A stretch of DNA of 64,000 nucleotides from Candidatus Latescibacterota bacterium (GTDB taxonomy: Bacteria; Latescibacterota; UBA2968): assembly GCA_965198115.1 (NCBI GenBank), contig OZ240241.1:7520001-7584000 (forward strand), written 5' to 3'. Positions 11,301 through 22,005 of the stretch are shown one piece after another. The position numbers and the translations under genes are program-made. The notes under the pieces were generated by a model that was given only the letters and a program-made list of their open reading frames with translations, was not told where the DNA came from and searched no databases. How positions within the stretch are numbered: position 1 is the stretch's first letter; each line of letters begins with the position of its first letter.

Positions 11301-12515
11301 GACCTGACGCAGCACGATTCGGCGGGGACGGGAACGGCGTTGCCCGATTCGGTCGCCTATCAGCCGCCGAACGACGCAGACCAAACACAAAGTGGCATCC
11401 AGGTGACCCTGAACGAAGATGGTTCATTCACCCTTCTACAGGTTCCGGGAGGGACCTACGGATTGTTCGCGAAGACATTCCATTACCTGCGTGGACGGAT
11501 TGCGCCCGACAGTCTGCTCGTGAACGACTCGACCGGTGTCGCCGGAAACACGACGTTCAGTTGGGTGGGGATCGATACCACCTTTACTTCAAGCGATCTG
11601 AGGGCGGGCGACGCGAACGACGACAACCAGGTCGACATTGCCGACTTCGGCCTGCTGGGCGCCAACTTCGGCGCTTCGGGTTTTGCGCAGGGAAGCGCCG
11701 CATGGTCGGCCGATTTCAACGGTGACGGTATCGTGAACCTCGCGGACTTCGCGTTGTTGCAGTCGAACTTTGGCGAAGTCGGTATGGGGCCGTCGGTGGC
11801 TACGAAGCCGGTCGTTTCGAGCGCCCGGGTTGCGTGGCTGCCAGCCGAAGAGCCCTCTGGGCCAGCCCGCCTGTGGGCCCGCGACGTGCCGCCTGCGGTT
11901 GGCTACGCGATCGATCTGGTCGTTGGCGACGATGATCAGGTCGTGGAGAGTGCCCTCACGCCGGGCGCCCTCTTCCATCCGTCGAACGCGATGACGCTGA
12001 CGCGCCAGATCCATCGGGGCGACGAGACGATCGTTCGACTGGCGGCCGTCCTTCGCGACCGGAGCGCATCAGTTGCTGGAGACGGCGTTCTGTTCATCGT
12101 CCAGGCGGATCGATTGCCGGACGACGTCCGTGTCGAGCGCGTTCGATTCCTCACACCCGATGGCATCGTGATCGTGGGCCAGGGCAGCGTGCCGATCGCA
12201 GACGGTTTTCCTGTGATTCGGAAGACGAGGTTGTATCAGAACCTGCCCAATCCATTCAATCCGGAGACGGTGATTCCCTTCGAGTTGGCCGATGCGGGTC
12301 ACGTCCGTTTGATGATCTACTCCACGCTCGGACAGGAGATCCGCACGCTCGTCGACGACGTCGTTTCGGTCGGTCGCCACCGCGTTCGATGGAACGGGCG
12401 TGACGAACGTGGGCGTCAGGTCGGCTCGGGCGTGTATCTCTACCGTTTGAGTGTGACCGGACTCGATGGGGTGAGTCGCTATCACGCGGTTAAGAAGGCC
12501 ATTCTGTTGAGATAA
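8385..12515 (+). CDS. Large secreted protein: BNR/Asp-box propeller, FG-GAP repeats, FN3, cohesin, dockerin, FlgD-Ig-like C-terminus (frameshifts ~9340 and ~10045; in-frame TAG at 10758)
   Basis: SxDxGxxW repeats; DLDGDSDLD-type repeats; GDANDDNQVDIADF...ADFNGDGIVNLADF; LYQNLPNPFNPET...WNGRDERGRQVGSGVYLYRL. Confidence 0.75.
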
Positions 12516-12576
12516 TCTCACCGCCTGTCGCGCCGGCAGGCTGATCCACCACATCCCACCCCCGTCAGGACACGTT

Positions 12577-13844
12577 GTGCACGCGTCTGTTAGCCGTTTG
12601 GTCTCCGTGATCGCGGTGTTGTGCGCGGCATCTTCGCTCCACGCGTTCGAGCTGTCCATTCAGACATCCGGCGGCGATACGTTGTTTTTCGCTCCGTCCG
12701 GAGACACGGTGACGGTCGAATTGCACGTCGATTCGAGCGGCGAGTCACTGATCGGCGTGGAAGTTTTCCTCTCTTTCGACAATCGACTCTTCGAACCTCT
12801 CGACGCCTCGCTCGATGCGGGTCTCCAGCCCGCGCTGTCGGCTGGCCGTCTGTCCGGTGTCTTCGCGGACTCGGTGATCGAGCTCGGTGACTCCGTGTCC
12901 GTCGTCCACTATGCCGAAGTCGATCTGTCCGGCGTCCAGGTGACCGGACTCTTCGCCTCGATCGATTTTGCCGTCATCGGGGCTCAATCAGGACGAACAC
13001 CCTTCTCCGTCTTGGTCGACTCCGTGAACGATCTGCGAAGCCAGTATGCGATACCCAATCAGGATGGGGCGTCGATCGACGTGCCCCTGCCCGCCGACCT
13101 GATTTTCGAAGACACACCACCCGGTTTACGGCCATCCCCGAGTATTTCATCGTCGAGGACAATCCGTTCACCCTGGAGCTGACGGCGTTGTCCGTCGACG
13201 ACCAGACGGGGGCCGGGTCACTCGTGTGGGAGGCAACGAGTGACGTGGAAGGTGTGGGGCTCGAGATTACGGGAAGTCTTCTGAGCCTGTCGACGCCGCT
13301 CCACTTCAACGGGCCCGTGTCGTTCACGCTCGTGGCGATCGATCCGTCAGGTGGTCGGGATGAGGTGACGACCGTTCTGACGGTCACGCCCGAAAACGAT
13401 CCGCCGATCATCGACCGGACCACGTTGCCGGACACGCTCGAGGTCGGAGCGGCGCCCATCGATCTTGCGATTTTGGTTGACGACGTGGAGGACCCGGCAC
13501 CGCAGCTGAACCTGGCCGTTCTGGCGGGAGACCCTGTGTCTGTCGTGATCACGGGAGACACGGTTACGGTGTCGGTGCCCAACGGATGGGACGGGACCGT
13601 GACCGTGACGGTCCAGGTGAGCGACACCGAAGGAGCGATCGACGAAGTCGTGATTCCGGTCGTAGGCCAGCCGATCCTGTTCGCGGCAGGGGATTTCGAC
13701 CGAAACGGCGCGGTCGACTTCGCCGATTTCCTGGAGTTTGCCGCCGCATTCAATCAGCCGAACCCGACATTCGATCTGGATGGGAGCGGGCTGGTCGACT
13801 TCGGCGATCTGGTCATTTTCGCATCCAGCTTCGGCAGCGGGTAG
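12577..13844 (+). CDS. Secreted cohesin + cadherin-like + dockerin protein (frameshift ~13120)
   Basis: Signal peptide, GVEVFLSFD, VTPENDPP, GDFDRNGAVDFADF...DLDGSGLVDFGD. Confidence 0.75.
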
Positions 13845-13855
13845 AAAAGAAGCGA

Positions 13856-13946
13856 AGCGTTCTCCTGGTGAGTACGAGGACGAGCGCTATGAATGTTCGA
13901 TAAGAAAGAGCGTTGCGCTCGTCCCAGTGCTATGCACAGGGACGCC
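13856..13946. repeat. REPIN-like inverted REP doublet
   Basis: GGACGAGCGC...GCGCTCGTCC; its reverse complement aligns by eye with 59530-59621. Confidence 0.55.
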
Positions 13947-13970
13947 ATCGAAACCTGGGAACAAAGAATA

Positions 13971-14001
13971 AAGGGGTGACCGCCATCGGCGATCGCCCCT
14001 T
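13971..14001. terminator. Probable bidirectional terminator
   Basis: AAGGGGTGACCGCC-ATC-GGCGATCGCCCCTT between convergent genes. Confidence 0.6.
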
Positions 14002-14032
14002 TGCATTTCGTCTTTCGTAGACCATTCAATAA

Positions 14033-15326
14033 GGGTTCGCGAATAAATAAACGGTCGATCTCAATGTTGAGCCATTGGCCGGATCGTGTAGTTCCAGTCG
14101 CCGTGGAAATCGTGCGGAGTGAGATCGATTTGGGTCATCTGTTCATCGGTCACCTTGACCCCGTTAGGGTAGGGTCGCTTGTCGATCTCGGAGCGTACTC
14201 GGAGACCGGCTTGAGTGGTCGTTCCGGCAATGAGATTCACGGTTGCAGCCAGGCTGACCAGGGGCTTGCCTCGCCAGTTCATAGCGATGAAGGAGAACAG
14301 GCGATGTTCGATCTTGTTCCACTTACTAGTGCCAGGAGGGTAGTGGCATACGGTGATCGTCAGGCCAGTGCGATTCGCAAAGCGCTGCAGCTCCCACTTC
14401 CACAGCCGCGTCTTGGCGCCGTTGCTGCCGCCTGCGTCCGCCGTGATTAGCAGATGCGTCGAAGTGCCGTAGGCGGGCCGTCCCATGTTCTTCCACCAAC
14501 TTCGGATCGCATTCACGGCGAAGCTGGCCGTGTCGTGATCGATACCGACACTTACCCAGCCTTCATCACGGCTCAGATCATACACTCCATAAGGGATCGC
14601 CTTGCCCTGAGCAGGCACTATGAAATCGTGTACCTTCACACGCTCCGGGTCTCCCTTGGGTCGCCATTCTCGGCCAGGATTCTTGAAGTCGCCGATCAAC
14701 TCTTTCTTCTTGGTGTCCACCGAGATAACGGGAAGGCCCTGCTGCTGCTGCTGGCTAATCCGATCATCGAGGTAAACGAACTGAGCGTCCCGATCCGGGT
14801 GTGCAGATCCCTCCCTTGTCTTCCGATTCGCCTGCAGCGTGTAATCGTGTTCGTGCAGGAGATTGGCAACGATCCTGGGGCTCACCGAATGCCCCATCGC
14901 TTGCAACTCGGCGGCCAGTTTGCGAGTGCTCTTCGATGTCCATCTCAGAGGATTGTCGTCAGGCGACCCCGCAGTCGTTGGCTCGACCAGATCATTCAGG
15001 TCCTGCCACAGCGTCGGGTCCGTGTCGGCCTTCCGCTTACGACCGCCGCCTGGACGCCGGATGCGAGCCGGGTCCAAAGGTTCGTCCGACCTCAACTCCT
15101 GAATGCCACGAAAGATCCGCTCTCTGGACATTCCTGTCGCCAGAGCCACAATCGCGATCCCACCGTGACCCAACGCTTCGGCTTCCGTGGCGGCCCACAG
15201 ACGACGCGTGCGTTCCGTCAGCACCGGAGCCAAGGCTTCATACTTCGTTCGGAGAGTTTCGACGTCCACACTCCGAGCGTAAGATCATTACCTTGAAAAG
15301 TGCAGCACTTATTTCGTGGCAAACCC
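14033..15326 (-). mobile_element. ISAzo13-family insertion sequence
   Basis: 18-bp imperfect TIRs GGGTTCGCGAATAAATAA and GGGTTTGCCACGAAATAA (14/18); TAA duplicated at 14030-32 and 15327-29. Confidence 0.9.
14061..15269 (-). CDS. ISAzo13 DDE transposase, intact
   Basis: ISVDTKKKELIG, ITADAGGSNG, HYPPGTSKWNKIEHRLFS, FHGDWNYTI. Confidence 0.95.
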   Translation of the reverse strand: MDVETLRTKYEALAPVLTERTRRLWAATEAEALGHGGIAIVALATGMSRERIFRGIQELRSDEPLDPARIRRPGGGRKRKADTDPTLWQDLNDLVEPTTAGSPDDNPLRWTSKSTRKLAAELQAMGHSVSPRIVANLLHEHDYTLQANRKTREGSAHPDRDAQFVYLDDRISQQQQQGLPVISVDTKKKELIGDFKNPGREWRPKGDPERVKVHDFIVPAQGKAIPYGVYDLSRDEGWVSVGIDHDTASFAVNAIRSWWKNMGRPAYGTSTHLLITADAGGSNGAKTRLWKWELQRFANRTGLTITVCHYPPGTSKWNKIEHRLFSFIAMNWRGKPLVSLAATVNLIAGTTTQAGLRVRSEIDKRPYPNGVKVTDEQMTQIDLTPHDFHGDWNYTIRPMAQH

Positions 15327-15994
15327 TAAGTCGAGACGAGCTCCTCCGCCGGCTGTTGTGTATCGAGCACGATTTCTGCCGGATTCTGCTGTGCACGGCT
15401 CTTCTTGGTGAGATGCTTGCTGACACGCCTGTAGAGCAGCGCGCACGTGACGACGATCAAGACCAGGGAGATGGCTAGGTTCGGCGTGTTGAGGGCGCTG
15501 CCCATGAGTGCGAACACGTAGTAGCGAGGGAGCCGACCCAGAAAGACAGCCAGCATGTAGCGTTTGAGTGAATAACCGGCCGTCGGGCTCAGGACGCGAA
15601 AGATGTAGAATGGGATGAATGGAGCTGCCGCTGCGACAAAGACGGATAGGAAGGGAGCCTTCAGAAAGTAATGAACCGCCCCCTTGTAAACTTCGCTGTT
15701 CCTGACCTTCTGCAGTTTTTCTAACTGGAAGGCTGCTGTAACAGCCTGGTAGTCGATGAAGCAAACTGCAACAGTGCCGCAAGCCGCAACAGCCGCGACG
15801 AGAGTCGGGTCGTAGTACTGCCCGAAGTAGATCATTCCGATCTCGTGAGGAATCGGAATGAAGGAGTTCGCGGGGATGGCGTAGAAGAACAGATACACGA
15901 GGCCCCGCCATTCGGGCAGGGCGACAGCCGCGCCGATCAGCACCGCACTGATCGGGAGCATGATCGATAAATATCGCTTCCAGGATTTGTTCAT
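15326..15994 (-). CDS. VTT/DedA (YqaA-like) membrane protein
   Basis: SFIPIPHE, PFIPFYIF, FLGRLPRYY motifs; hydrophobic. Confidence 0.7.
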   Translation of the reverse strand: MNKSWKRYLSIMLPISAVLIGAAVALPEWRGLVYLFFYAIPANSFIPIPHEIGMIYFGQYYDPTLVAAVAACGTVAVCFIDYQAVTAAFQLEKLQKVRNSEVYKGAVHYFLKAPFLSVFVAAAAPFIPFYIFRVLSPTAGYSLKRYMLAVFLGRLPRYYVFALMGSALNTPNLAISLVLIVVTCALLYRRVSKHLTKKSRAQQNPAEIVLDTQQPAEELVST

Positions 15995-16212
15995 AGATCG
16001 AAGGATGCTGCTCTCTCCACGTGTGATGAATTAGACGGCTAAATCTAAGGGAGTGGATTTCATAAGTCAATGTTTTAAAGGACTTTCCCCGTGCGCTTAG
16101 ACATTGCCCTGCCTCGTCACCGGGCGTATTTTGGCCTCTGGCGGGGCTTTTCGGGACCCTGTTGTGAGAAACAATCGAGTAAATCCAGATCTCACTTGGG
16201 GGTTGTAAGACG

Positions 16213-17368
16213 ATGAATCAACCAGATTCTGCGCGTGAGAGCCTTCGGGATCAGCTTCGACGAATACTCGACATCCCGGAGGTTCGCTGTGACCTGTCTC
16301 CGGAGTCCCGGGGGCGATTCGATCGTGACGGGCTGGTCGTCGAAAAGTGGATTTGGACGAGCGAGCTCGGATCGCGAGTGACCAGCGTGCTGTATCGTCC
16401 GGACCACCCGACCGGTCCGATGCCCGCGATCGTGATCACCTGCGGGCACGGCGGTAGCAAAAGCCATTGGTCCCTGACTTATATCGGTCAGCTCTACGCC
16501 AGCTTGGGTGTGGCGTGTCTCGTGCTCGACCCGATCGGAGAGGAGGAGCGACACCTGACGGGCGGTCTCGGAACGCGCGCCCACGACCCTGAACCGGTGC
16601 ATACGTGCGCTGATGAGGCCGGAAGGCTTATCATGGGCAAGCTTGTGTTCGACACCATGCGCGGGATCGATTTCCTGCTGACGAGGGCGGATATCGACTC
16701 CGAGCGGATCGGCGTTGCGGGTAACTCCCTTGGAGGCGCGAAGGCGACCTGGATGCTGGCGCTCGACACACGGTTGAAGCTCGGTCTGGTCTCGGGGTGG
16801 GGCTATAGCGATCATCTGACGTCCACGGCAAGTTCTGCACGCGGATTCCGAATCAGCGCATGCGGGTGGCGTGCGATTGGGTCGAATTCCTTGCGCTTGC
16901 CGCCCCCGAGTGTGCGGTGCTGGTTATGAACGGGGATGCGGACGAAATTATCGACGATCGGAAGGACGGGGTCGTGTGGGAGGAGACACGAACCAACCTG
17001 AGCGCCGCGGCCACACATTTCCCTCACGGAAACGTCGGCTGCTGGTTCGAACCGGGTGGCGGTCATCGTCCCTACCACGCTTATGGCGTTGCGCTCGAAT
17101 GGATCAACATTCATCTCGGTACTCCTTTTTGCGACGGCTGAAGAGATTCGAGCGCTCCCAACCATCAACTCGGGGACGTGGTGCGATCGGAACAACCTCG
17201 AGCTGGAAAAACTCTACGGGACTGCGCTTCATCAACGTGGAGCCACGCTTCCCGATCGGGGACTGACTTCGATCCGGCGTGAGGACCTCGCCTGTCTCCA
17301 CGCACACGAAATCGGCGATCCCAATACACGCTCGAGGGTTGGCTCGACCTCATCACATAGGATGCTTA
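16213..17368 (+). CDS. Alpha/beta hydrolase (acetyl xylan esterase / dienelactone hydrolase-like), frameshifted
   Basis: CGHGGSK, DPIGEEER, GNSLGG nucleophile elbow, NGDAD, GGGHRP across three overlapping ORFs. Confidence 0.7.
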
Positions 17369-18630
17369 GTGCATGGTTTCATAAACATTATTACGTATGT
17401 TCTGAACATTATTTGTAGCTTATGTTCTCCTTCAAAAGGAGGAGAACAATGCCAAGACGTTCGCCTTATGTGGTGCTACTGTCTGAGAAGGAACGGGTCG
17501 ACCTCGAGCGAATGGCTGGACAATATACGTTATCGTATTATCAAGTGATCCGATCGAAAATCGTGCTTCTCGCCGCCGAGGGATTATCCAACAAGATTAT
17601 CGCCCAACGGTTGGATGTCCCGCGTCCGATCGTAAGCAAATGGCGTAAGCGCTTTTTCGAAGAGCGTCTTTCGGGACTCGAAGATAGATCTCGTCCCGGG
17701 CGCCCGCCCGGTTTTCCCCCCTCAGGTGGTCGTTCAGATCAAGGCGCTGGCGTGTGAACTACCGAGCGAGAGCGGGATACCGCTCTCGCGGTTCAGCTGT
17801 TCCGAGATTGCCGCCGAGGCAGTGCAAAGGGGCTTCGTTGCCAAGATCAGCGGCGCCACTGTCTGGCGCTGGTTGAACGAGGACGCGATTCGTCCTTGGT
17901 ATCATCGCTCCTGGATTTTCCCACGGGACCCGGACTTCCAAACCAAAGCAGGTAGAGTCCTTGATCTGTATCACCGCCAATGGCAAGGAAAGCCTTTAGG
18001 GCCGAGGGAATATGTACTTTCTGCCGACGAAAAGACCAGTATTCAAGCACGAGCTCGCAAGCACGTTACCCTACCGCCAGCCTCGAACAGAGCGGCACGC
18101 GTTGAAACACGAATACGAGCGGAAAGGAGCCCTGGCCTATCTGGCTGCTCTCGACGTGCACAATGGTCGAATCTTCGGTCTCTGTGAGTCTTCTTCGGGT
18201 ATCGAGCCCTTCAACCGGCTCCTGAGCCTGATCATGAGCCGGAAACCCTATTGCTCGGCAAAGAAAGTCTACCTCATCGTGGATAATGGCTCCTCGCACC
18301 GAGGGCAAACATGCATCGACCGTATCCAGGGGAAGTGGCCAAACATCCACCCCGTTCACCTTCCGATCCACGCAAGCTGGCTCAATCAGATCGAGATCTA
18401 CTTCTCGATCCTCAAACGCAAGGCTCTGACACCTATCGAATTTGCATCGCTCGAAGAGCTTGAGGCAAGAATCCTCGGTTTTCAGGAACGCTACGGACGT
18501 ATCGCCACACCCTTCAAATGGAAGTTCACACGAACAGATCTCGCGGAGATGATCGACAAACTCAGGTTCTACGATACGCCCTTGGCAAAGTCTGCTTAGA
18601 ATACGTCACCGTATTTGCGAACAGGAGTAC
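17369..18630 (+). mobile_element. IS630-family insertion sequence
   Basis: TA at 17367-68 and 18631-32; imperfect 30-bp TIRs (17/30) ending ACGTAT; empty site reconstructs CTTAAG. Confidence 0.85.
17449..18599 (+). CDS. IS630 transposase (HTH ORF + DDE ORF; T4C6 shift site; extra A near 18107)
   Basis: HTH VSKWRKRF; SADEKT, IVDNGSSH, HASWLNQIEIYFS, PFKWKFT. Confidence 0.9.
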
Positions 18631-18649
18631 TAAGGCTTCGCGATCTGTC

Positions 18650-18713
18650 AGGAGCGGTCTCCTGGCCGCAACCTGCTATGATAGATGGGGTAGGAGCGGC
18701 CTCCCGGCCGCGA
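18650..18713 (+). repeat. Two direct GTAG-type REP-like palindromes
   Basis: AGGAGCGGTCTCCTGGCCGC and GTAGGAGCGGCCTCCCGGCCGCGA. Confidence 0.55.
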
Positions 18714-18746
18714 ACAAGACGATGGATTCAAAGGAGTTCTGTTTAA

Positions 18747-19553
18747 ATGGGTATGACCGAAGCTGAAAGATTCCATTTCGACTTGGCGGGATTCCTCGTG
18801 CGACCGGCTATCCTGACGCCCGATGAAGTCATAGAGATCCGCGAGCAGATCTACAAGATCAATCACGAACCGGAATCGCTGCCCCCCGAGCACCGAGAAG
18901 CGCCGGGCGGCCCTTCGAGCATCCTGATCGACCATCCGCAGGTGATCGATGTGCTGGAGGAAACCATCGGTCCCGAGGTTCGGCTCGAGAACGTCGGGAG
19001 TGTGTGGCGCAACAAGGGAGAAGCGCACGGAGGCCTGCACGGCGGAGGCCCTCAGCAAATCGATCCGATTTTCGGTTATCGGGTTCAGGACGGTCGGATT
19101 CACGCGGGGATGGTGCGGGTGATTTTCGAGTTCACCGATATTCGGATGGAAGATGCTTCGACGCACTTCATCGCGGGGAGCCATAAGGCGAACTTCAAGA
19201 TGCATCCCGATCACACGTCGTTGGAGGAGGGGAAGCGCAGTCCCTTCCTCCAGACCTACGAATGTCCAGCGGGGAGTGCTGTCTTCTTCACGGAGAACGT
19301 ATGCCACGCCGGGCCCGTTTGGGAACGCGACGATCCACGCGTGACAATCCTCCACGCCTACGCCCATCTGGCCACTCACTGGCACCGGTTGAAGATTGTG
19401 CCGGAGGTCCTGGCCGGACTCCCACGCGAAAAGCTGGCCTACTTCCGCGAGCCCTGGATCGCCGACTTCAGAACGAAGCCGGCCACGCACAACACGTTCG
19501 AACGATTCGTGGAGAACGACGAACCGCCTGTTAGAACGGATCATATGCCATAG
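18747..19553 (+). CDS. Phytanoyl-CoA dioxygenase (PhyH) family protein, HxG variant
   Basis: FHFDLAGFLV, FIAGSHK, PAGSAVFFTENVCHAG; LHGG in place of HxD. Confidence 0.8.
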   Translation: MGMTEAERFHFDLAGFLVRPAILTPDEVIEIREQIYKINHEPESLPPEHREAPGGPSSILIDHPQVIDVLEETIGPEVRLENVGSVWRNKGEAHGGLHGGGPQQIDPIFGYRVQDGRIHAGMVRVIFEFTDIRMEDASTHFIAGSHKANFKMHPDHTSLEEGKRSPFLQTYECPAGSAVFFTENVCHAGPVWERDDPRVTILHAYAHLATHWHRLKIVPEVLAGLPREKLAYFREPWIADFRTKPATHNTFERFVENDEPPVRTDHMP

Positions 19554-19598
19554 CACCCACCCCGAATCGGGGATCCGGGGCGTCGGAAAGGATGGAAC

Positions 19599-20352
19599 AT
19601 GAGAGTCGGGATGGTGGTCGCGCTACTGACCTCGGTGTCCTCCGTGTCAGCGCAGATACGGAACGGAAATTTCGAGGCGCGTCCCAACAGGGCCTGGATG
19701 ACCGATGGGATCCTTGTTCCAAGAGTGGCGAATGGCGACAAGCCGGTTATCAGGCCGGTGGCCCCGAACCGGTAGCCTTTACGGCTTCATCGGCGATCGC
19801 AACGGGCAGGGCCGCAATGGAGAGAGTCCATCGCGCATATTCCAGCGTTTCGACTGCCCAGATCCGTTTCCAGATACGCTTGCGATCGTCACTTGCGAAG
19901 TGAGACTCCGCTATAGCTCGACCCTGCGCCCTGGCGAATCCGCGGTATTAATCATCGATAACAAGGTCTACAGGATGCCGAACACCGGGGGACAGTGGCG
20001 GGGGCCGATCAGGGTCGACGGAGGTCAGTGCATCGGCAACAAGCTCATACAGTTCAATGTCACGGGTGTGAGGTTGGGCAACGTGGCGGGGGCCCTCTGT
20101 GTCGACGATGTCGAGGCGAAGTGCGTGCTCGGGTGGGTGAATTCCGGTCTGCCGCAAGTGAACGCTTCGATGTTGGATCGTCTTCCGTCGCCCCCAGACT
20201 CAGGCGAGTCGGAACCCGTGCCCTTCGATGAACACCCAATCGACGCACCTGGCGGCAATCGACAGCAGGGCTTGTTCTTCCTCGTGTTGGTTGGCGCACT
20301 CCTGTTTTACGCGATGCTTCGCGTTGTGTCGGGCAATCAATCGGTCCGATGA
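19599..20352 (+). CDS. Exported protein with C-terminal TM anchor (frameshift ~19765); paralog of next gene
   Basis: MRVGMVVALL...NGNFEARPN read in another frame joins the 19705 ORF; shares motifs with 20349. Confidence 0.6.
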
Positions 20353-21065
20353 CGAGCCTGCTGCTCGCCGTGGTGTTGATTGAAGGCTCGGTCTGTGCAT
20401 CTGTTCCGAATGGCGATTTCGAAACCAGACCGAACTCGGTCTGGTTGACGGACGATGGTGAATCGGTGTCTGGCGACGCGCCCGTCATCGGCCGTGGTCT
20501 TCAAAACAACCACTTCGGCCATTTGGGTGACAGGGATGGGCGTGGGGGAGAGGGTCGGACGCGGAGCCGGTTGTATCAGTCGTTCGATTGCGGTCCGGCC
20601 GAGGGCGATTGTGAAGTCTCCTTCCGATACAAGACGGGTCATGCGTCGGAGACAGTCTACGTGGCCCTGTCGGGGTCGCGGCCACGGAGATCCTGGAGGA
20701 TACCAAACACGGGTGGTCTGTGGTCGGGACCCGGTCGTGTTTTCTGTTCGTTCTCTGATTCGGTGACGCTCGAGTTCGGCCTCGTGGGGGCATCCGACCA
20801 CAAGGTTGCCGCTTATCTCAGCGTCGATGACGTGCGCGGCCGGTCCGTGAGCCGTGGAACGCAGACCCTCGTGCCCCTGAGCGCGGCGCTCACGGACAGT
20901 ATGCTCCGGGGATTCGGAGACGCAGGGTCAGTGGTGCCAGTCCCGTTCGATGTTCTGTCCGAACGACGACCGCGGCCTGTTTCGTTGGTGATCGCTTCCC
21001 TCGTCTTCCTGGGGCTTGTCATCCTGTTTTGGCGAATGTCACGCTCCTGGCGAAGCGGAAACTGA
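20349..21065 (+). CDS. Exported protein with NGDFE N-terminus and C-terminal TM anchor
   Basis: Signal peptide, NGDFETRPN, QSFDC, PNTGG, VDDV, PVPFD, TM helix, basic tail. Confidence 0.65.
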   Translation: MTSLLLAVVLIEGSVCASVPNGDFETRPNSVWLTDDGESVSGDAPVIGRGLQNNHFGHLGDRDGRGGEGRTRSRLYQSFDCGPAEGDCEVSFRYKTGHASETVYVALSGSRPRRSWRIPNTGGLWSGPGRVFCSFSDSVTLEFGLVGASDHKVAAYLSVDDVRGRSVSRGTQTLVPLSAALTDSMLRGFGDAGSVVPVPFDVLSERRPRPVSLVIASLVFLGLVILFWRMSRSWRSGN

Positions 21066-21120
21066 AGCCGGACGGAGCGGTTCTCTTCGCCGTTCTCATT
21101 CTTGGAAAGGCGTGGATCAC

Positions 21121-21857
21121 GTGACGTCGACCCGACTGACCGTTACACAGAGACAGAAGTATGAAGAGGACGGGTTTGTCGTTTTGCCCGGTGTCTTCCC
21201 GCTCGAGGAGTTGCGTCGTGTGGACCGAGAGTTGGACCGCCTCGTCGCGGACGCTGAAGCGAAGGGGCAAACAGGAACGAGTCACACCGGCCGCAATCGG
21301 AACCCGGGTTGGCTTTTGCAGCTGGGGCTTCGGTCAGAGCTCGCGAGGCGGTTCGTGCAGGATGATCGTGTTCTGGACCTGATTTCGGATATCGTGAGGC
21401 CGGGGATCGCGATTTACTCCGCCAAACTGACGGCGAAGATGCCGCGGTCCACGGATGTCTGTCACTGGCATCAGGACAACGCCTACTACAATCCCCACGC
21501 CGCGAGTGAAACGCGTATGTCGACGTGGATTCCGCTCGTGGATGCAGACGAGGAAAACGGATGCCTGTGGGTGGTGCCGGGTCCCATAAGGGCGGGGTCC
21601 GCGAACACGGCCAGTACGGCGGCCAATGTCCTCAGTCGATGGGGCCTGAGGACATGGTCGCCGAAGGCGCGATTCCGTGCCCAGTTGCGGCCGGCTCGAT
21701 CCTGCTGTTCAGCTCGGACCTGTGGCATCACTCCAAGGGAAACGCGACCGACCACGTGAGACGGGCATTCATCGTGTCGTATCAGGAGGCGACCGTGCCA
21801 CGCGGCAACGGAGACCAGTGGAAGATCCTGCGTCCTGCCAACCCGATACCAGCGTAG
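21121..21857 (+). CDS. PhyH family dioxygenase (frameshift ~21582)
   Basis: YEEDGFVV, WHQD, NGCLWVVPG(SH), LWHHSKGN...RRA. Confidence 0.8.
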
Positions 21858-21941
21858 GAGAGTAGGAGCGATCCTTCGACTTCGCTCAGGGCAGGGCTTT
21901 CCTGATTACGATCCTCGTCAATCGAACACAGTCATACAAAG

Positions 21942-21970
21942 AGGCCGTCCGAACTGCAATCGGGCGGCCT
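21942..21970. terminator. Hairpin between convergent genes
   Basis: AGGCCGTCCGA...TCGGGCGGCCT. Confidence 0.55.
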
Positions 21971-22005
21971 TCAATATTCGATTCTCGATGTTCGATCTTC
22001 AATAT

